This document shows, in pieces, positions 1 through 8,891 of a stretch of DNA of 64,000 nt (positions are counted from its first letter, which is position 1; each line of letters starts with the position of its first letter). The stretch is from Fibrobacter succinogenes. GTDB taxonomy: Bacteria > Fibrobacterota > Fibrobacteria > Fibrobacterales > Fibrobacteraceae. The position numbers and the translations under genes were made by a program. Location: contig CADCDO010000011.1 of assembly GCA_902800345.1 (NCBI GenBank), forward strand, positions 6,084 through 70,083, written 5' to 3'. The notes beneath the pieces were generated by a model. It was not told the origin of the DNA. It made no database searches and worked only from the letters and a program-made list of their open reading frames with translations.

Positions 1-910
1 GACGAGCATCCGTGATATCGTCACCGCCCATTTCGGCACGGCGCTTGAGGAGATAAAGACGCTTGGCCTTGACCTTGGAATCACGGCGGAGCTTTTCGAG
101 ACCGCTACCGAAAGCAAAAGCGACATCGCGCGGGATGAGCTTCTGGACGCCATCCGTTTCGAGGAGCTTCTTGACCTTTTCGATGCTTTCTTCAGCAATG
201 AAACCGCCATTGCCAAAAGAAATGAAGAAAGAAGAAAGCGACTGTCCAACCACGTCTGCCGGAGCGGCCTCCGCACTAGCGGAATCCTTGTTCTCGGCAC
301 TTTCAGTCTTGGCAACGCCACCGGCAAGAAGTTCGTCATCGGACAAAGTTTCTTTCTTTACCGTATCCTTGCTAGAAGAATCCTTCTTGGAAGAATCCGT
401 CACAGCGGAATCAGCAACAATGTCGGTCGTCTGGCGAGTGAGGTAGCCGTCAATAAGGCTCACAACCTGCGTAAACTTTTCGGATTCGGCGAGAATCTTG
501 AATTCGAGCTTTGCCGTAGAACCCACGAGAGCCTTGGCAGTGGAATCATCCACACCAGCCAGTTCAACGACGATGCGGTCGTCACCGGTCGGGGAAATCT
601 GCGGTTCGGAAAGACCGTACTGGTCAACGCGGTTACGAATAATTTCGAGAGACTGGGCCTGAATATCCTTAATGTCGTCGCCATCCTTGAGGCTGGACTG
701 ATCAATCTGGAGCGTGATACTCGTACCACCGGCAAGGTCCAAACCGAAGTTGATGGAGCTTGCACCAAGTTTCGGATTTTCCTTGAGGAATGTCTTCTTT
801 GCATCCCCTTTCTTAGAGTGGACCTGAATAGAAGGCCATACAGAGTAGGCCGAAAGAATAATGACGGCGAGAATGATCAATTCTCGCAAGCCGAATTTAT
901 GTTTATTCAT
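1..910 (-). CDS. secD: Protein translocase subunit SecD, N-terminal part (gene runs off the window start)
   Basis: Absent from the ORF track because it is open at the window edge. My minus-strand translation from the ATG at 908-910 gives MNKHKFGLRELIILAVIILSAYSVWP (TM anchor). It continues with FGLDLAGGTSITLQ, IIRNRVDQYGLSEPQI, DRIVVELAGV and TAKLEFKIL, which are classic SecD periplasmic-head signatures. It also has a Ser/Asp/Lys-rich low-complexity insert. Confidence 0.8.
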   Translation of the reverse strand, partial: MNKHKFGLRELIILAVIILSAYSVWPSIQVHSKKGDAKKTFLKENPKLGASSINFGLDLAGGTSITLQIDQSSLKDGDDIKDIQAQSLEIIRNRVDQYGLSEPQISPTGDDRIVVELAGVDDSTAKALVGSTAKLEFKILAESEKFTQVVSLIDGYLTRQTTDIVADSAVTDSSKKDSSSKDTVKKETLSDDELLAGGVAKTESAENKDSASAEAAPADVVGQSLSSFFISFGNGGFIAEESIEKVKKLLETDGVQKLIPRDVAFAFGSGLEKLRRDSKVKAKRLYLLKRRAEMGGDDITDAR

Positions 911-1280
911 TTGTAATCCCTTAAAAGGCATTAAACATACTAGTTGCGGGGTCAAATTTAGAAATTTAGACGAAAGACGATAAATGCGTAAGGCGAATAT
1001 CGCGGCAAAAAACTTGTTTTTTGACATGATTGAGCCTAGCATTTAGCACATGTGCAAAGACGAAAGACGAAAGATTAGCACCTTGAAAGCCTCGTATTAT
1101 TATAAAAGGGGGAAGAATCCCCCTGATTGCAGCCCCTACGGGTCTTCCATCACCCCTTCAAACGGGCTTCAGACGCCAGCCCGTAACGCCTGGCTTGTTT
1201 GCGATAAGGAGTGTATAAGGTATGGGCACGGGGCTTGCGCCCCTTTGAGGTATGGGGCATGGGCGTAATGTAACAAGAAA

Positions 1281-1364
1281 TGCTAGTGATTAGTGAATTA
1301 AAAATTGAAAATTGAAAGTTGAAAATTGAAAAATTCATTCTTAATTCTTCATTTTGTCATCCTG
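1281..1364 (+). repeat. 7-bp-periodic A/T-rich array followed by a GTCATCCTG box
   Basis: The array reads ..TAGTGAT TAGTGAA TTAAAAA TTGAAAA TTGAAAG TTGAAAA TTGAAAA.. and GTCATCCTG follows at 1356-1364. It abuts the GH13 stop codon. Confidence 0.75.
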
Positions 1365-1365
1365 T

Positions 1366-2625
1366 TTACTTCATTTCAAACGTCGGGTCAGGCAACGCAT
1401 TCGAGATGCAAAGCGTCATCTTCTTCCTGCCGAGGGAACGGACGATGTTCAGGTTGCCGGCACTGTAGGCAACTTCGAGTTTTCCGTCGCGCAACACGCG
1501 TTCCTCGTTCCTAAGCGTGATAAGTTCGTTCAGGAATCGGAAGACGGGGCTACGACGGCCATCGGAAAGCATGTTCCACGGGAACGTCCTGCGGTTGTCG
1601 GGATCCTTGCCGCCTTCCATGCCGATTTCGTCACCATAATAAATACACGGAGCGCCCGGCAGAAAGAAGAGTATCGCAAGCGCCAGTTTCACCCGCTGCA
1701 GGTTGCTGCACGGTAGCGACGCGAGACGGATAGTATCGTGGCTCCCGAGCAAGTTCATCGGCACACCAAAGCGCCCTGCAGGGAACGCTTCACGGAGCCT
1801 TTTCGCGAACTCAGCCAAGTTTATCGGCTTTTCGTCAAAGAGGAATGACAGTACCGCCCGCCTCAGCGGATAGTTCATCACACCGTCAAACTGGTCGCCC
1901 TTAAGCCAACGCGAAGGCTCGTCCCAAATTTCGCCGACGATATACGCTTCCGGGTTAATCGCCTTGATACGGCGACGGAATTCCTGCCAAAAGCTATCAT
2001 CGTCAATCTCGTTCGGCACATCGAGGCGCCAGCCGTCAATACCGCGTTTCATCCAGTACTCGCCCACCGAGAAAAGGTACTCGCGGACATCGGGATTGTC
2101 GGTATTGAACTTCGGGAGCGCCGGGAACCCCCACCAGCAATCGTAATTGGGCTTGCCGGAATACGCATGGAGCGGCCAGCCATGCACATGGAACCAATCG
2201 ACATACGGGGAATTCTTGCCCAGTTCCATCAAGCTGTTGAACTGGAAGAATCCACGCGAGCAGTGATTGAACACACCGTCCAAAATTACGCGAAGTCCAA
2301 GTTTGTGCGCTTTCTTGACAAGCCTGTCAAAATCCTTGAGCGTTCCCAGCACGGGGTCAATTTCAAAGTAATCGACCGTATGGTAGCGGTGATTGGAATT
2401 GCTCTTGAATATCGGGCAAAGGTAAATAGCGTTAACGCCAAGCGATGCAATATATTCTAGTTTGTCAACAATACCGGCGAGATTCCCGCCGAACATGTTT
2501 TCGCGAGTCGGTTTGCTATCCCACGGGACAAATTTTCCAATAGCCTTGTAACGTTCCGAACGGCAAAAGCGGTCCGGAAAAATCTGATAGAAAATAGCGT
2601 CTTTGGTCCAGGTGGGGAATGGCAT
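1366..2625 (-). CDS. GH13 alpha-amylase-family glycoside hydrolase (neopullulanase/cyclomaltodextrinase-like, no signal peptide)
   Basis: 419-aa ORF. GH13 conserved regions are present: AIFYQIFPDRF, LRVILDGVFNH, GIDGWRLDVPNE (nucleophile Asp), IVGEIW (acid/base Glu) and LLGSHD. Confidence 0.85.
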   Translation of the reverse strand: MPFPTWTKDAIFYQIFPDRFCRSERYKAIGKFVPWDSKPTRENMFGGNLAGIVDKLEYIASLGVNAIYLCPIFKSNSNHRYHTVDYFEIDPVLGTLKDFDRLVKKAHKLGLRVILDGVFNHCSRGFFQFNSLMELGKNSPYVDWFHVHGWPLHAYSGKPNYDCWWGFPALPKFNTDNPDVREYLFSVGEYWMKRGIDGWRLDVPNEIDDDSFWQEFRRRIKAINPEAYIVGEIWDEPSRWLKGDQFDGVMNYPLRRAVLSFLFDEKPINLAEFAKRLREAFPAGRFGVPMNLLGSHDTIRLASLPCSNLQRVKLALAILFFLPGAPCIYYGDEIGMEGGKDPDNRRTFPWNMLSDGRRSPVFRFLNELITLRNEERVLRDGKLEVAYSAGNLNIVRSLGRKKMTLCISNALPDPTFEMK

Positions 2626-2630
2626 GTGTA

Positions 2631-2700
2631 GTAGGAAGTAGGCGGTAGGAAGTTAGAAGTAGGCAGTGGTTAGTATTTAGTCATTGGTCAATGGTCATTA
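2631..2700 (+). repeat. Ten tandem GTNNNNN heptamers
   Basis: The array reads GTAGGAA GTAGGCG GTAGGAA GTTAGAA GTAGGCA GTGGTTA GTATTTA GTCATTG GTCAATG GTCATTA. It begins 6 nt beyond the GH13 start codon, in the intergenic region. Confidence 0.9.
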
Positions 2701-2707
2701 GAACGCA

Positions 2708-2757
2708 GGTATGGGGTATGGGCACGGCCGCCTACGGCGACCTCTGAGGTATGGGCA
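2708..2757. repeat. TATGGGG-box hairpin element (copy 2 of 3)
   Basis: GGTATGGGGTATGGGCACGGCCGCCTACGGCGACCTCTGAGGTATGGGCA. The related copies are at 1219..1265 and 9996..10045. Each has a GC-rich hairpin flanked by TATGGG(C/G) words and lies 3' of a minus-strand gene. Confidence 0.7.
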
Positions 2758-2843
2758 ATTGTAATAAGAAAGCCCCAAAACGAAGTGTGCTCAGAGGAGC
2801 TTTAGCTCCGTGCTCATTGCTCAAAGCGAAGCGTGCCCAACGC

Positions 2844-4817
2844 CTAAATTTTCCACAGCGGGCGTGACCTGCGTTCTTCGACAAGTTTACTGATTTCGGC
2901 AATCAGAGCCGAATTTCCCAACAAATCTTCGACGCTGCACGGCGTAATGTACGTCCAGTTGTTGCCACCGACGGTTCCTGGAATATTGATGCGTTCCTCC
3001 TTCGGGTCGCCATCGGAAAGTACTGAGGAAAGCGCAAAGTAATCCTGAATCGGCGGGATACAGAACAAGCTATTGGCCGTAAACACATGCGAAAGGATTT
3101 CGCGAACCACGGGGGGCGTAAGTTTTTCCGGAGCGACACCGGACATTTGCGCATGAGACCAGTAGAAGCCCCTGTCGAAATCAGGCTCTTCCCAAAGGCC
3201 ACGTAACGTCGAAGTGTCATGGCAGCTCGTGGTGCAAACGGAGAGACGCGGGTATTCATCCATGCTGTAATATGGCGAATACGGGACGTTCCAATTGCGA
3301 GCCCAGCGTTCGATGCGCAGCGACATGATATCGAGTTTCTTGAGCACAGTCGGCACGCACGGCGGCACGGCGCCCAAGTCTTCGGCGCAGACCAGCATAT
3401 CCGTTTCATTCGCCAGTACAGACAAGAGCTTCATCGCATTCTGTTCCCAGAGCGCATTTTGAGCCTGTTCGTTCTGACCAATCAGTTCATGGAGTTTTTG
3501 CTGCTCGTTCTGCGGGAGCGTAAAGAGAACGGGCTGGTTGTACCAATACCAATACGGATAAAACGTATTTTCGTCACCCGTCGGGATAAATACGCGGTTC
3601 CAATAAACACGGAGCATGGAATCCTTTATCTCTTGCGGTTCGTCCAGCGCAAGGATGGCGCGTTCGGACAAAAGTTCCGGCTTTAGGATAAAGCGGTCCG
3701 TCGTTCCCGACAAATTCACGAAATACTTGGACACAAGCCATTCCGTTTCCGTACCGAGAAACTCGCGCAACTGGTCCACGGAGAAATTCGGTCTACGTAA
3801 ATACTCCAGCGATTCACGGCAGAACCCCGCATTGCGCAACACATCCCAAGTGAGCGGAATCGACGGTTGGAAACGTCCAAGGATACCTGTCACCTCGGTT
3901 TCAGGAATCGCCCAGATACGGAAGAAACCTAGCACATGGTCAATGCGGTAAGCATGGTAGAACTTGCTCGCCTGCGCCAAACGACGGCGCCACCAGCCAA
4001 AGTCATCCGCTTCGAGCACATCCCAGCGGTAAGTCGGGAACCCCCAGTTCTGGCCGCCGTAACTGAACATGTCAGGAGGTGCGCCTGCACGGTCCGCAAG
4101 CGAAAAATACTTGCGGTCAAACCATACGTCCGCGCTGTCTTCGTTGATGAGGATAGGCACATCGCCTTTCAAGCGGAGCCCGAGTTTGGAAACCTCGTTC
4201 ACGGCAGCGGTAAACTGGCCTTCGGCCGTATATTGCATCCAAGCCTGGAACAAAGCGTCCCTGTAATTTTTCATCCAAAGCTTATCGACATCGGCGGCGG
4301 AGGGATTCTGGTATTTTTTCCAGTCCTTCCAGCTAGCCTCGTTGTTCTGTGCCTTGAGCGTGCAATAGACGCAATAGGACTTGACCCATGCATTCTTATC
4401 GACCCAAGCGATGAGTTTCTTGGACGATTTGAGGGTATCGTAACGGGAATCAAAAATTTTGCGAAGAATCGAGCGTTTCCAAGTGACAATACGATAATAA
4501 TCTACACGTTTAAGGCCCGCGAACTGTTCGCGAGCTTTGTCAATTTCATTTTCAAAATTGGAGGCCCCTTCAACAGACTGGACGTTGATAAAAACAGGAT
4601 TCAAGGCAAATGCGCTACGGGCACTGTACGGGCTTGGCTCGGAACCTGTATCGTTTACGGGTAAAAGCTGGATAATATTGAATCCGCAAAACTTGGACCA
4701 TTGGGCAAAAGGAATCAAGTCCAAAAATTCTCCAATGCCAATACTATGCTTGCTGTGAAGACTGAAAAGGGGAACGGCTACGCCGGTTTGAAAAGAAGTT
4801 AAATCACCATATCGCAT
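2844..4817 (-). CDS. malQ: 4-alpha-glucanotransferase (GH77 amylomaltase)
   Basis: 657-aa ORF. The N-terminus GVAVPLFSLHS..GIGEF.DL, plus YRIDHVLGFFRIW and CAEDLG motifs, are typical of MalQ/disproportionating enzyme. It is adjacent to the GH13 gene. Confidence 0.85.
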   Translation of the reverse strand: MRYGDLTSFQTGVAVPLFSLHSKHSIGIGEFLDLIPFAQWSKFCGFNIIQLLPVNDTGSEPSPYSARSAFALNPVFINVQSVEGASNFENEIDKAREQFAGLKRVDYYRIVTWKRSILRKIFDSRYDTLKSSKKLIAWVDKNAWVKSYCVYCTLKAQNNEASWKDWKKYQNPSAADVDKLWMKNYRDALFQAWMQYTAEGQFTAAVNEVSKLGLRLKGDVPILINEDSADVWFDRKYFSLADRAGAPPDMFSYGGQNWGFPTYRWDVLEADDFGWWRRRLAQASKFYHAYRIDHVLGFFRIWAIPETEVTGILGRFQPSIPLTWDVLRNAGFCRESLEYLRRPNFSVDQLREFLGTETEWLVSKYFVNLSGTTDRFILKPELLSERAILALDEPQEIKDSMLRVYWNRVFIPTGDENTFYPYWYWYNQPVLFTLPQNEQQKLHELIGQNEQAQNALWEQNAMKLLSVLANETDMLVCAEDLGAVPPCVPTVLKKLDIMSLRIERWARNWNVPYSPYYSMDEYPRLSVCTTSCHDTSTLRGLWEEPDFDRGFYWSHAQMSGVAPEKLTPPVVREILSHVFTANSLFCIPPIQDYFALSSVLSDGDPKEERINIPGTVGGNNWTYITPCSVEDLLGNSALIAEISKLVEERRSRPLWKI

Positions 4818-5228
4818 GGTTCAAATATAACTCCAAATTTATAAATGGAAACTTTCAAAAAACTCGCAAATAAAAAAAGGCCCGGAAACCCGAGACCATT
4901 TTCTTAATCATCCTTTAAAAAATTAAGCGCGCTTGGCGTACTTCTTAAAGCTTTTGACCAAGAGGGCGGCGAGAATGCAGTACATATTTTTGACTCCTTG
5001 TTTTGACGGCGCCAATGATAATAAAATTTTACTAACGTTTCAAGGGGGAAAAGTATATATTTCGCAAAAAATTTTGAAAAAGGCATTTATCCTCTCGCCG
5101 TTCTTCTGTTTTTTCATTTTAAGTCAATATCCCGCAACGTTCTTATCAAGACCCAAAAGAACACAAATCTTGCGATTGTTCTATATATACGGCAATCTCC
5201 AAGTTAAAAATTTGGTAAATTATGGGCT

Positions 5229-7046
5229 ATGAAACGATTTTTGCTTTTATGTCTCGGTTTAACAGCACTTTTAAACGCAAAGCCCTCATTACAAGTCGAT
5301 AGCGAACGCATCGAAGCGGGTCAGACATTCAATTTGCAGCTCATCGTCCCGATTCAGGAGTTGCCCGAAAATAGAGGCGCGCTACGCCTCGAAACCCGCA
5401 ATAACTTCAAATTCCTCGGCCTCGACAGCGCCGACCAGATAATGCGTCCGGATATGGACGATCTTTTCAACTCGTTTTTCGGCGGCGGCGGCAGGCCCTA
5501 CAAAGCACGAGTCTATTCGTTCAAGCTCAAGGCCCCGAAAAAGACAGGCATGCAGGATGTCGGTACAATCACGTGGATGATTGGCGGCGAAGCGAATGTC
5601 GTGAGCAACAAAATTCCGGTCAACGTGCAACGTTCCTACAACGACGACGCCCTTGCCGTAAGCCTCACACCGAGCAAAAAATCTATTTACGAGGGCGAAC
5701 AGTTCAGCGTCACCCTCAGCCTCCACACATTCGAGCATTTCCAGGGCGGCTTGCAGGCGACGGACATGAGCACGGGCAACGATTTCATCGTGCACCGTAA
5801 CGACCTCTCCAACATGGAATTCAAGCCGGTCGAAGGCACCCGCCGCGAAATGAAGGCGACCACGAGATTCGCATGGCTGAGCCCGACCAAGAGCGGAACG
5901 CTCGAAATTCCGCCGTTCAAGTTCAAGTACACCAAACTGGGCGAACCCAAAGTTGTCGAAGAAAAGAAACAGATGGGCAGCATGTCGTTCTCCAGCAGAA
6001 GCGTCAAGCAAGAATCCATCGAAACGGAAACCGCAACCCCGCCTCTCGCCATTACGGTTCTCCCGCTCCCGGCCGAAGGCAAGCCCGCAGATTTTAGCGG
6101 CATGGTCGGTTCCTATAGCTTTAGCGCAAACTTCGACCGTACAAACCTGAAAGTCGGCGAAGCGTTGACGCTTGCCATCAGCATCAAGGGCGACGGCACC
6201 CCTGGAACGATTACCGACCCGAAACTCCCCGACTTTAGCGAATTCCGCTCGGTGCCTCCCGAAAACAGCATCGACAAGAGCATCAAGGGCGCAAAGGTCG
6301 TCACCTCTAAAAACATCAAGGTTTTCCTCTACCCCAAGAAAAAAGGAACCTTCGAAATCCCGGCCATTACGTATTCCTGGTTCAACCCCGCCAAAAAGAA
6401 ATACGAAACCGCATCAGCTGGCCCATGGACTATAGAAGTCGAAAAGGGTGACACCCCCGCAGAACCGGTTTACCAGGCGCCCGTCTCCGCCGGAACGGGG
6501 ACCTCCACTCCGACTGTACAAAAACAAGAAATTGAATTCCTCGGCAGCGATATCCGATTCATCCACACGATTACGGACAAGTCTGAATCTTCGGCTCCGC
6601 ATCGGAACGCTTTGTTCTGGATACTCTTCGTGGCTGCGGTCCCGTTCTACCTGATAGTGAACGCCCTCATCACGAGAAAACGTAAACGCGACAGCAACAC
6701 GGCGCTTGTCCGCAAGGACAAGGCAAGCAAGTTGCTCAAGGAAAAGTTCGCGAACGCACGAGCAGCCCTCAAGAGCGGCGACGGCAAGGCTTTCTATGCC
6801 GCCCTCGAAAACGGCCTCATCGACTACCTCAGCAACTTGACGAACGTCGAATTCAAGGGCATGACCCGTCCACAAATGAAGCAGGAACTCGCAAAGCGTA
6901 ACGTCAAGGACGAGACCATCAACGCCATCGACAGTTGGCTCGAAAAATGCTCGTTCGTGCGATTCGCACCGGTCACCGCCTCGACCGAAGAACAGTCCCA
7001 AATGCTCAAAGACGTCGAAAAACTCTGCGAGGCACTGAAGTTATAA
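5229..7046 (+). CDS. BatD-family (oxygen-tolerance-like) membrane protein
   Basis: 605 aa. It has an N-terminal signal peptide, a long beta-rich ectodomain, a single C-proximal TM (LFWILFVAAVPFYLIVNALI) and a basic/helical cytoplasmic tail. It is followed by a TPR/SH3 gene, as in Bat operons. The family call is from memory of this architecture, not a search. Confidence 0.55.
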   Translation: MKRFLLLCLGLTALLNAKPSLQVDSERIEAGQTFNLQLIVPIQELPENRGALRLETRNNFKFLGLDSADQIMRPDMDDLFNSFFGGGGRPYKARVYSFKLKAPKKTGMQDVGTITWMIGGEANVVSNKIPVNVQRSYNDDALAVSLTPSKKSIYEGEQFSVTLSLHTFEHFQGGLQATDMSTGNDFIVHRNDLSNMEFKPVEGTRREMKATTRFAWLSPTKSGTLEIPPFKFKYTKLGEPKVVEEKKQMGSMSFSSRSVKQESIETETATPPLAITVLPLPAEGKPADFSGMVGSYSFSANFDRTNLKVGEALTLAISIKGDGTPGTITDPKLPDFSEFRSVPPENSIDKSIKGAKVVTSKNIKVFLYPKKKGTFEIPAITYSWFNPAKKKYETASAGPWTIEVEKGDTPAEPVYQAPVSAGTGTSTPTVQKQEIEFLGSDIRFIHTITDKSESSAPHRNALFWILFVAAVPFYLIVNALITRKRKRDSNTALVRKDKASKLLKEKFANARAALKSGDGKAFYAALENGLIDYLSNLTNVEFKGMTRPQMKQELAKRNVKDETINAIDSWLEKCSFVRFAPVTASTEEQSQMLKDVEKLCEALKL

Positions 7047-7133
7047 AGAAAATTCGCAAAGGATCAAGCACGCCCTACGGTCGTTCCAGGATGACAGGGC
7101 GTGATACGAAAAAAAAATTTATAGGATGATTTT

Positions 7134-7901
7134 ATGAAACTGAAGAGAATTTTTTTGACTTTCGCCGCAGCGTTCCTCCTCACCTCCGCAGCTTACGCCG
7201 CCGAAAAATGCGAAGGCATCGACGCCGGAACGAAGGCGTATAACGAAAACGATTTTGAGCGCGCTATTGACGAATGGCGCACATGCGTCGATGAAGGCAT
7301 CGTCAATGCAGACCTCTATTACAACTTAGGCAACGCCTACTACCGCAGCGGAAAACTTGGCTTCGCGATTTTTTACTACAAGTCCGCCCTCCGTTTGCAC
7401 CCAAGCGATGACGACATCCAGCACAACCTGAATTTTGCACAGACAAAGACACGCGACAAGGAAGGCGACGAAGAAGAGAACCCGATTTTGCAGGGACTCA
7501 TGAATTTGCACCATGCCATTTCGCTCAAGAGCCAGATGAACATCGCGCTCGTGCTTTTCTGGGCCATCGCCATCGTTACAATCGGGCGCCGTTTCGTGAA
7601 CGGCAGCCGCGGCAAGAACATCTGCACAGGCACCGTATTTGCATTGAGCGTCATCCTCTGCACCATTGGAGCAAGCGCCATCTACAAGATGATTGTCCTC
7701 GAAACAGACATCACGGGCGTCGTGACCGCTTCAAGCGCCGATGTCACCAGCGCCCCGAGCGACAGGTCCCAGACGCTCAATACGCTCAGCGAAGGCACTA
7801 GTTTCGAAGTCATCGGAGAACAAGGGAACTTCGCAGAAATCCGTCTAGGCGAAAAAATCCGCGGATTCGTAAAACTCAGCGAAGTCGGAATTGTGAGATA
7901 A
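7134..7901 (+). CDS. TPR-repeat plus C-terminal SH3b-domain membrane protein (BatE-like)
   Basis: 255 aa. It has a signal peptide, TPR-like repeats (ADLYYNLGNAYYRSGKLGFAIFYYKSALRLHP), two TM helices and a C-terminal SH3-like segment (FEVIGEQGNFAEIRLGEKIRGFV). Confidence 0.55.
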   Translation: MKLKRIFLTFAAAFLLTSAAYAAEKCEGIDAGTKAYNENDFERAIDEWRTCVDEGIVNADLYYNLGNAYYRSGKLGFAIFYYKSALRLHPSDDDIQHNLNFAQTKTRDKEGDEEENPILQGLMNLHHAISLKSQMNIALVLFWAIAIVTIGRRFVNGSRGKNICTGTVFALSVILCTIGASAIYKMIVLETDITGVVTASSADVTSAPSDRSQTLNTLSEGTSFEVIGEQGNFAEIRLGEKIRGFVKLSEVGIVR

Positions 7902-7902
7902 A

Positions 7903-7979
7903 GTAGACAGTGGTTGGTGGTTAGTGGTTAGTGGTTAGTGGTTAGTGATTAGTGGTTAGTAAACAGTAGACCGTAGGAA
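7903..7979 (+). repeat. Eleven tandem GTNNNNA heptamers
   Basis: The array reads GTAGACA GTGGTTG GTGGTTA x4 GTGATTA GTGGTTA GTAAACA GTAGACC GTAGGAA. It begins 2 nt after the stop of the TPR/SH3 gene. Confidence 0.9.
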
Positions 7980-7983
7980 GGAT

Positions 7984-8190
7984 GCGTCATCCCGAGAAGC
8001 GAAGCGACGATAGACAACTCAGAAGGCGAGCGTTGCAAAAATGAGTTTACTCATTTTTATAATCGAGCCGAAGAGTTGGGGCTTTAGCCCAATCCAGTGA
8101 TGTTTTAGTTGGGAGAGCTTAGAACTTACTGGAGACGACATCCTCGAATTGTCCTGGAGGGAACGTCGCGACCGATAGGATCCAGTAAAG
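7984..8190 (+). repeat. Structured intergenic element, copy X (homolog of 45589..45814, 3' part diverged)
   Basis: It shares these blocks with copy Y: CGTCATCCCGAG, CTCAGAAGGCGAGCGTTGC, ATAATCGAGCCGAAGAGTTGGGGCTTTAGCCCAATCCAGT (8058-8098) and ACTGGA (8128-8133). At the position of Y's GACAACG hairpin it carries a different but self-complementary stem, AAAAATGAG-TTTA-CTCATTTTT (8036-8058). Confidence 0.6.
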
Positions 8191-8217
8191 TCTTGTAATT
8201 GGCGGGGTCCGCTATTC

Positions 8218-8697
8218 CTAATCCCAAACGCTCTTATCCCAATTACCCCACGCAGAATTCTTCCGGGCGATGGGGATGACGACTTCCGTCGGGAATTTTC
8301 CGGCTTGCTTCGTTGGAATGACGGCTGTAGCAACTGCTACAGGGAACATGATCGCATCAAGAATCAACATCGTCATAACAGTGCTTGCGCGACCTCTACC
8401 ATCAGAAAAGAACGGCCAGTGACGCAACAAGCCTGCGCTAAAATGATACGTGGACTTTCCGCGATTGACTTGCAAACTACCGTAAATAATTTCATTTTTG
8501 CGAGCTTCCAGGTAAATCGTATCTTCGCTTGTTGAAGACTTGATGACGCAATCATCGCTTGTGAGGCAAGCAAGTTCCCCATCGCAATAAATGGAATAAT
8601 CTTCCTTACCGTCTGAAACGGAAACCTTCATGTTGAAGGACGATGCGCAACCGACGAAAAACAGGGACAGGGCTAGTAAAACTATATATCGATTCAT
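8218..8697 (-). CDS. Small lipoprotein, function unknown
   Basis: I trimmed the ORF-track entry 8218..8946 to the internal ATG at 8695-8697. This gives MNRYIVLLALSLFFVGCAS, a signal peptide with a lipobox Cys. The upstream extension is Arg/Cys-rich and runs into the end of mnmA. Confidence 0.5.
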   Translation of the reverse strand: MNRYIVLLALSLFFVGCASSFNMKVSVSDGKEDYSIYCDGELACLTSDDCVIKSSTSEDTIYLEARKNEIIYGSLQVNRGKSTYHFSAGLLRHWPFFSDGRGRASTVMTMLILDAIMFPVAVATAVIPTKQAGKFPTEVVIPIARKNSAWGNWDKSVWD

Positions 8698-8891
8698 TTC
8701 ACACGCAAAATACAATTTTCTGGAGAAGGAAGTTATGCCAAACAATTCACTGTATGAATTCCCACCCAATTGTATTAAAAAATGACAATCTCCAGGATGA
8801 CGGATTCGAGGACAAGTTTCAAAGCGACAGGCATGACAAGCCTCAAAGCGTAGCGGCCTCGGAGGTGCAACGCACCGTCCCCATTCCTCAA

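Noticed and set aside
1050-1338. Small ORFs (1050..1268 +, 1150..1338 -) in the secD/GH13 intergenic region.
   Set aside because: The region consists of the mosaic repeat words (GACGAAA heptamers, TATGGGG hairpin element, A/T heptamer array). The ORFs simply read through the repeats.
8019-8333. A 104-aa minus-strand ORF across intergenic element X.
   Set aside because: It reads through the conserved structured repeat and overlaps the end of the lipoprotein gene. Its composition is Ser/Arg-rich with no motifs.
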